Source: Moniliella sp. 'wahieum' (Eukaryota). Taken from it: a DNA stretch of 64,000 nt. Positions within the stretch are counted from its first letter, which is position 1. Each line of letters starts with the position of its first letter. The notes below the pieces were generated by a model that was not told the origin of the DNA, did no database searches, and was given only the letters and a program-made list of their open reading frames with translations. Shown here in pieces: positions 63,483-64,000 of the stretch. Location: positions 186,001 through 250,000 of the forward strand of contig RSEE01000038.1 in assembly GCA_003971905.1 (NCBI GenBank), read 5' to 3'. The position numbers and the translations under genes were made by a program.

Positions 63483-64000
63483 CTACCACCGCTCTACTCG
63501 CCTTTTCTGGACAGCAGTTCGAACCACACTCTCCATGCGAAAGGCTATAGTGTCGCCAGATAGAGCAATGTAAGGAGGTTTGCGGAGCCTGCCGCCCGAC
63601 ACCGACTGAATGTCGACGGGTCGGCCTACTGGGGATGGACATTCTGTAGGGCTCAAGCCGCCTATTAGCCCTATGTTTTAACACGGATAAGAAACAATCT
63701 TGGTGACGTGGGGCACGCAGCACTGATGAAGCCAAGGAAGAGATGTACTAACATGGACCTGAGATTAACTGTCTTGATCCCACCAAAAGATGTTCGTAAT
63801 ACGCTCTCAATACATTTTGAGATGGGCAATCCTGCCGCAACTTATACACATCATCACACCAGGTCGGTTGGCTTCACTGGATCGGAAGCAGAAATCGCGT
63901 GAGATAAACGTAATGCAGGATTAAACGTTCCAGTGATGCATCCAAAAGAAAGGTCAATCTTGGTGGAATCTCGTTGCAGAGAGAGAGTGGAATACGCCCG

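Overview
Eukaryotic, GC-rich, intron-containing fungal DNA. Gene content and intron style (GTACGT/GTGCGT/GTGAGT donors, CTRAC branch points) point to a basidiomycete, probably Ustilaginomycotina (inference). Nearly every gene carries single-base frameshifts, often in homopolymers, consistent with an unpolished long-read assembly, so many gene boundaries are approximate. About 19 protein-coding genes are supported: ISWI remodeler, signal-peptide beta-carbonic anhydrase, NC2beta, candidate PP1 regulator, giant E/P/A/V/T repeat protein, HAD hydrolase, ALG1, TANGO2/NRDE, NOP58, Zn2Cys6 factor, small mitochondrial HMG/YABBY-like protein, cytochrome b5, membrane-anchored alpha/beta hydrolase, Tay1/Teb1-like double-Myb protein, HSF-domain protein, LRR protein, PL14 lyase, Gly-rich repeat protein and MGM101, plus one unassigned hypothetical gene. 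Two non-coding signals stand out. (1) An intact 1.4-kb non-autonomous LTR element (51251-52649; near-identical TGTTG..CAACA LTRs, 5-bp TSD CGTTC). Its primer-binding site looks complementary to a tRNA-His(GTG) anticodon arm (half-tRNA priming), and four further anticodon-complementary copies follow in a 20-bp tandem array. (2) Recurrent intergenic patches made of tandem 7-bp palindromes sharing an NN-TNA-NN grammar, suggesting a recurrent site-specific cut/duplication process.
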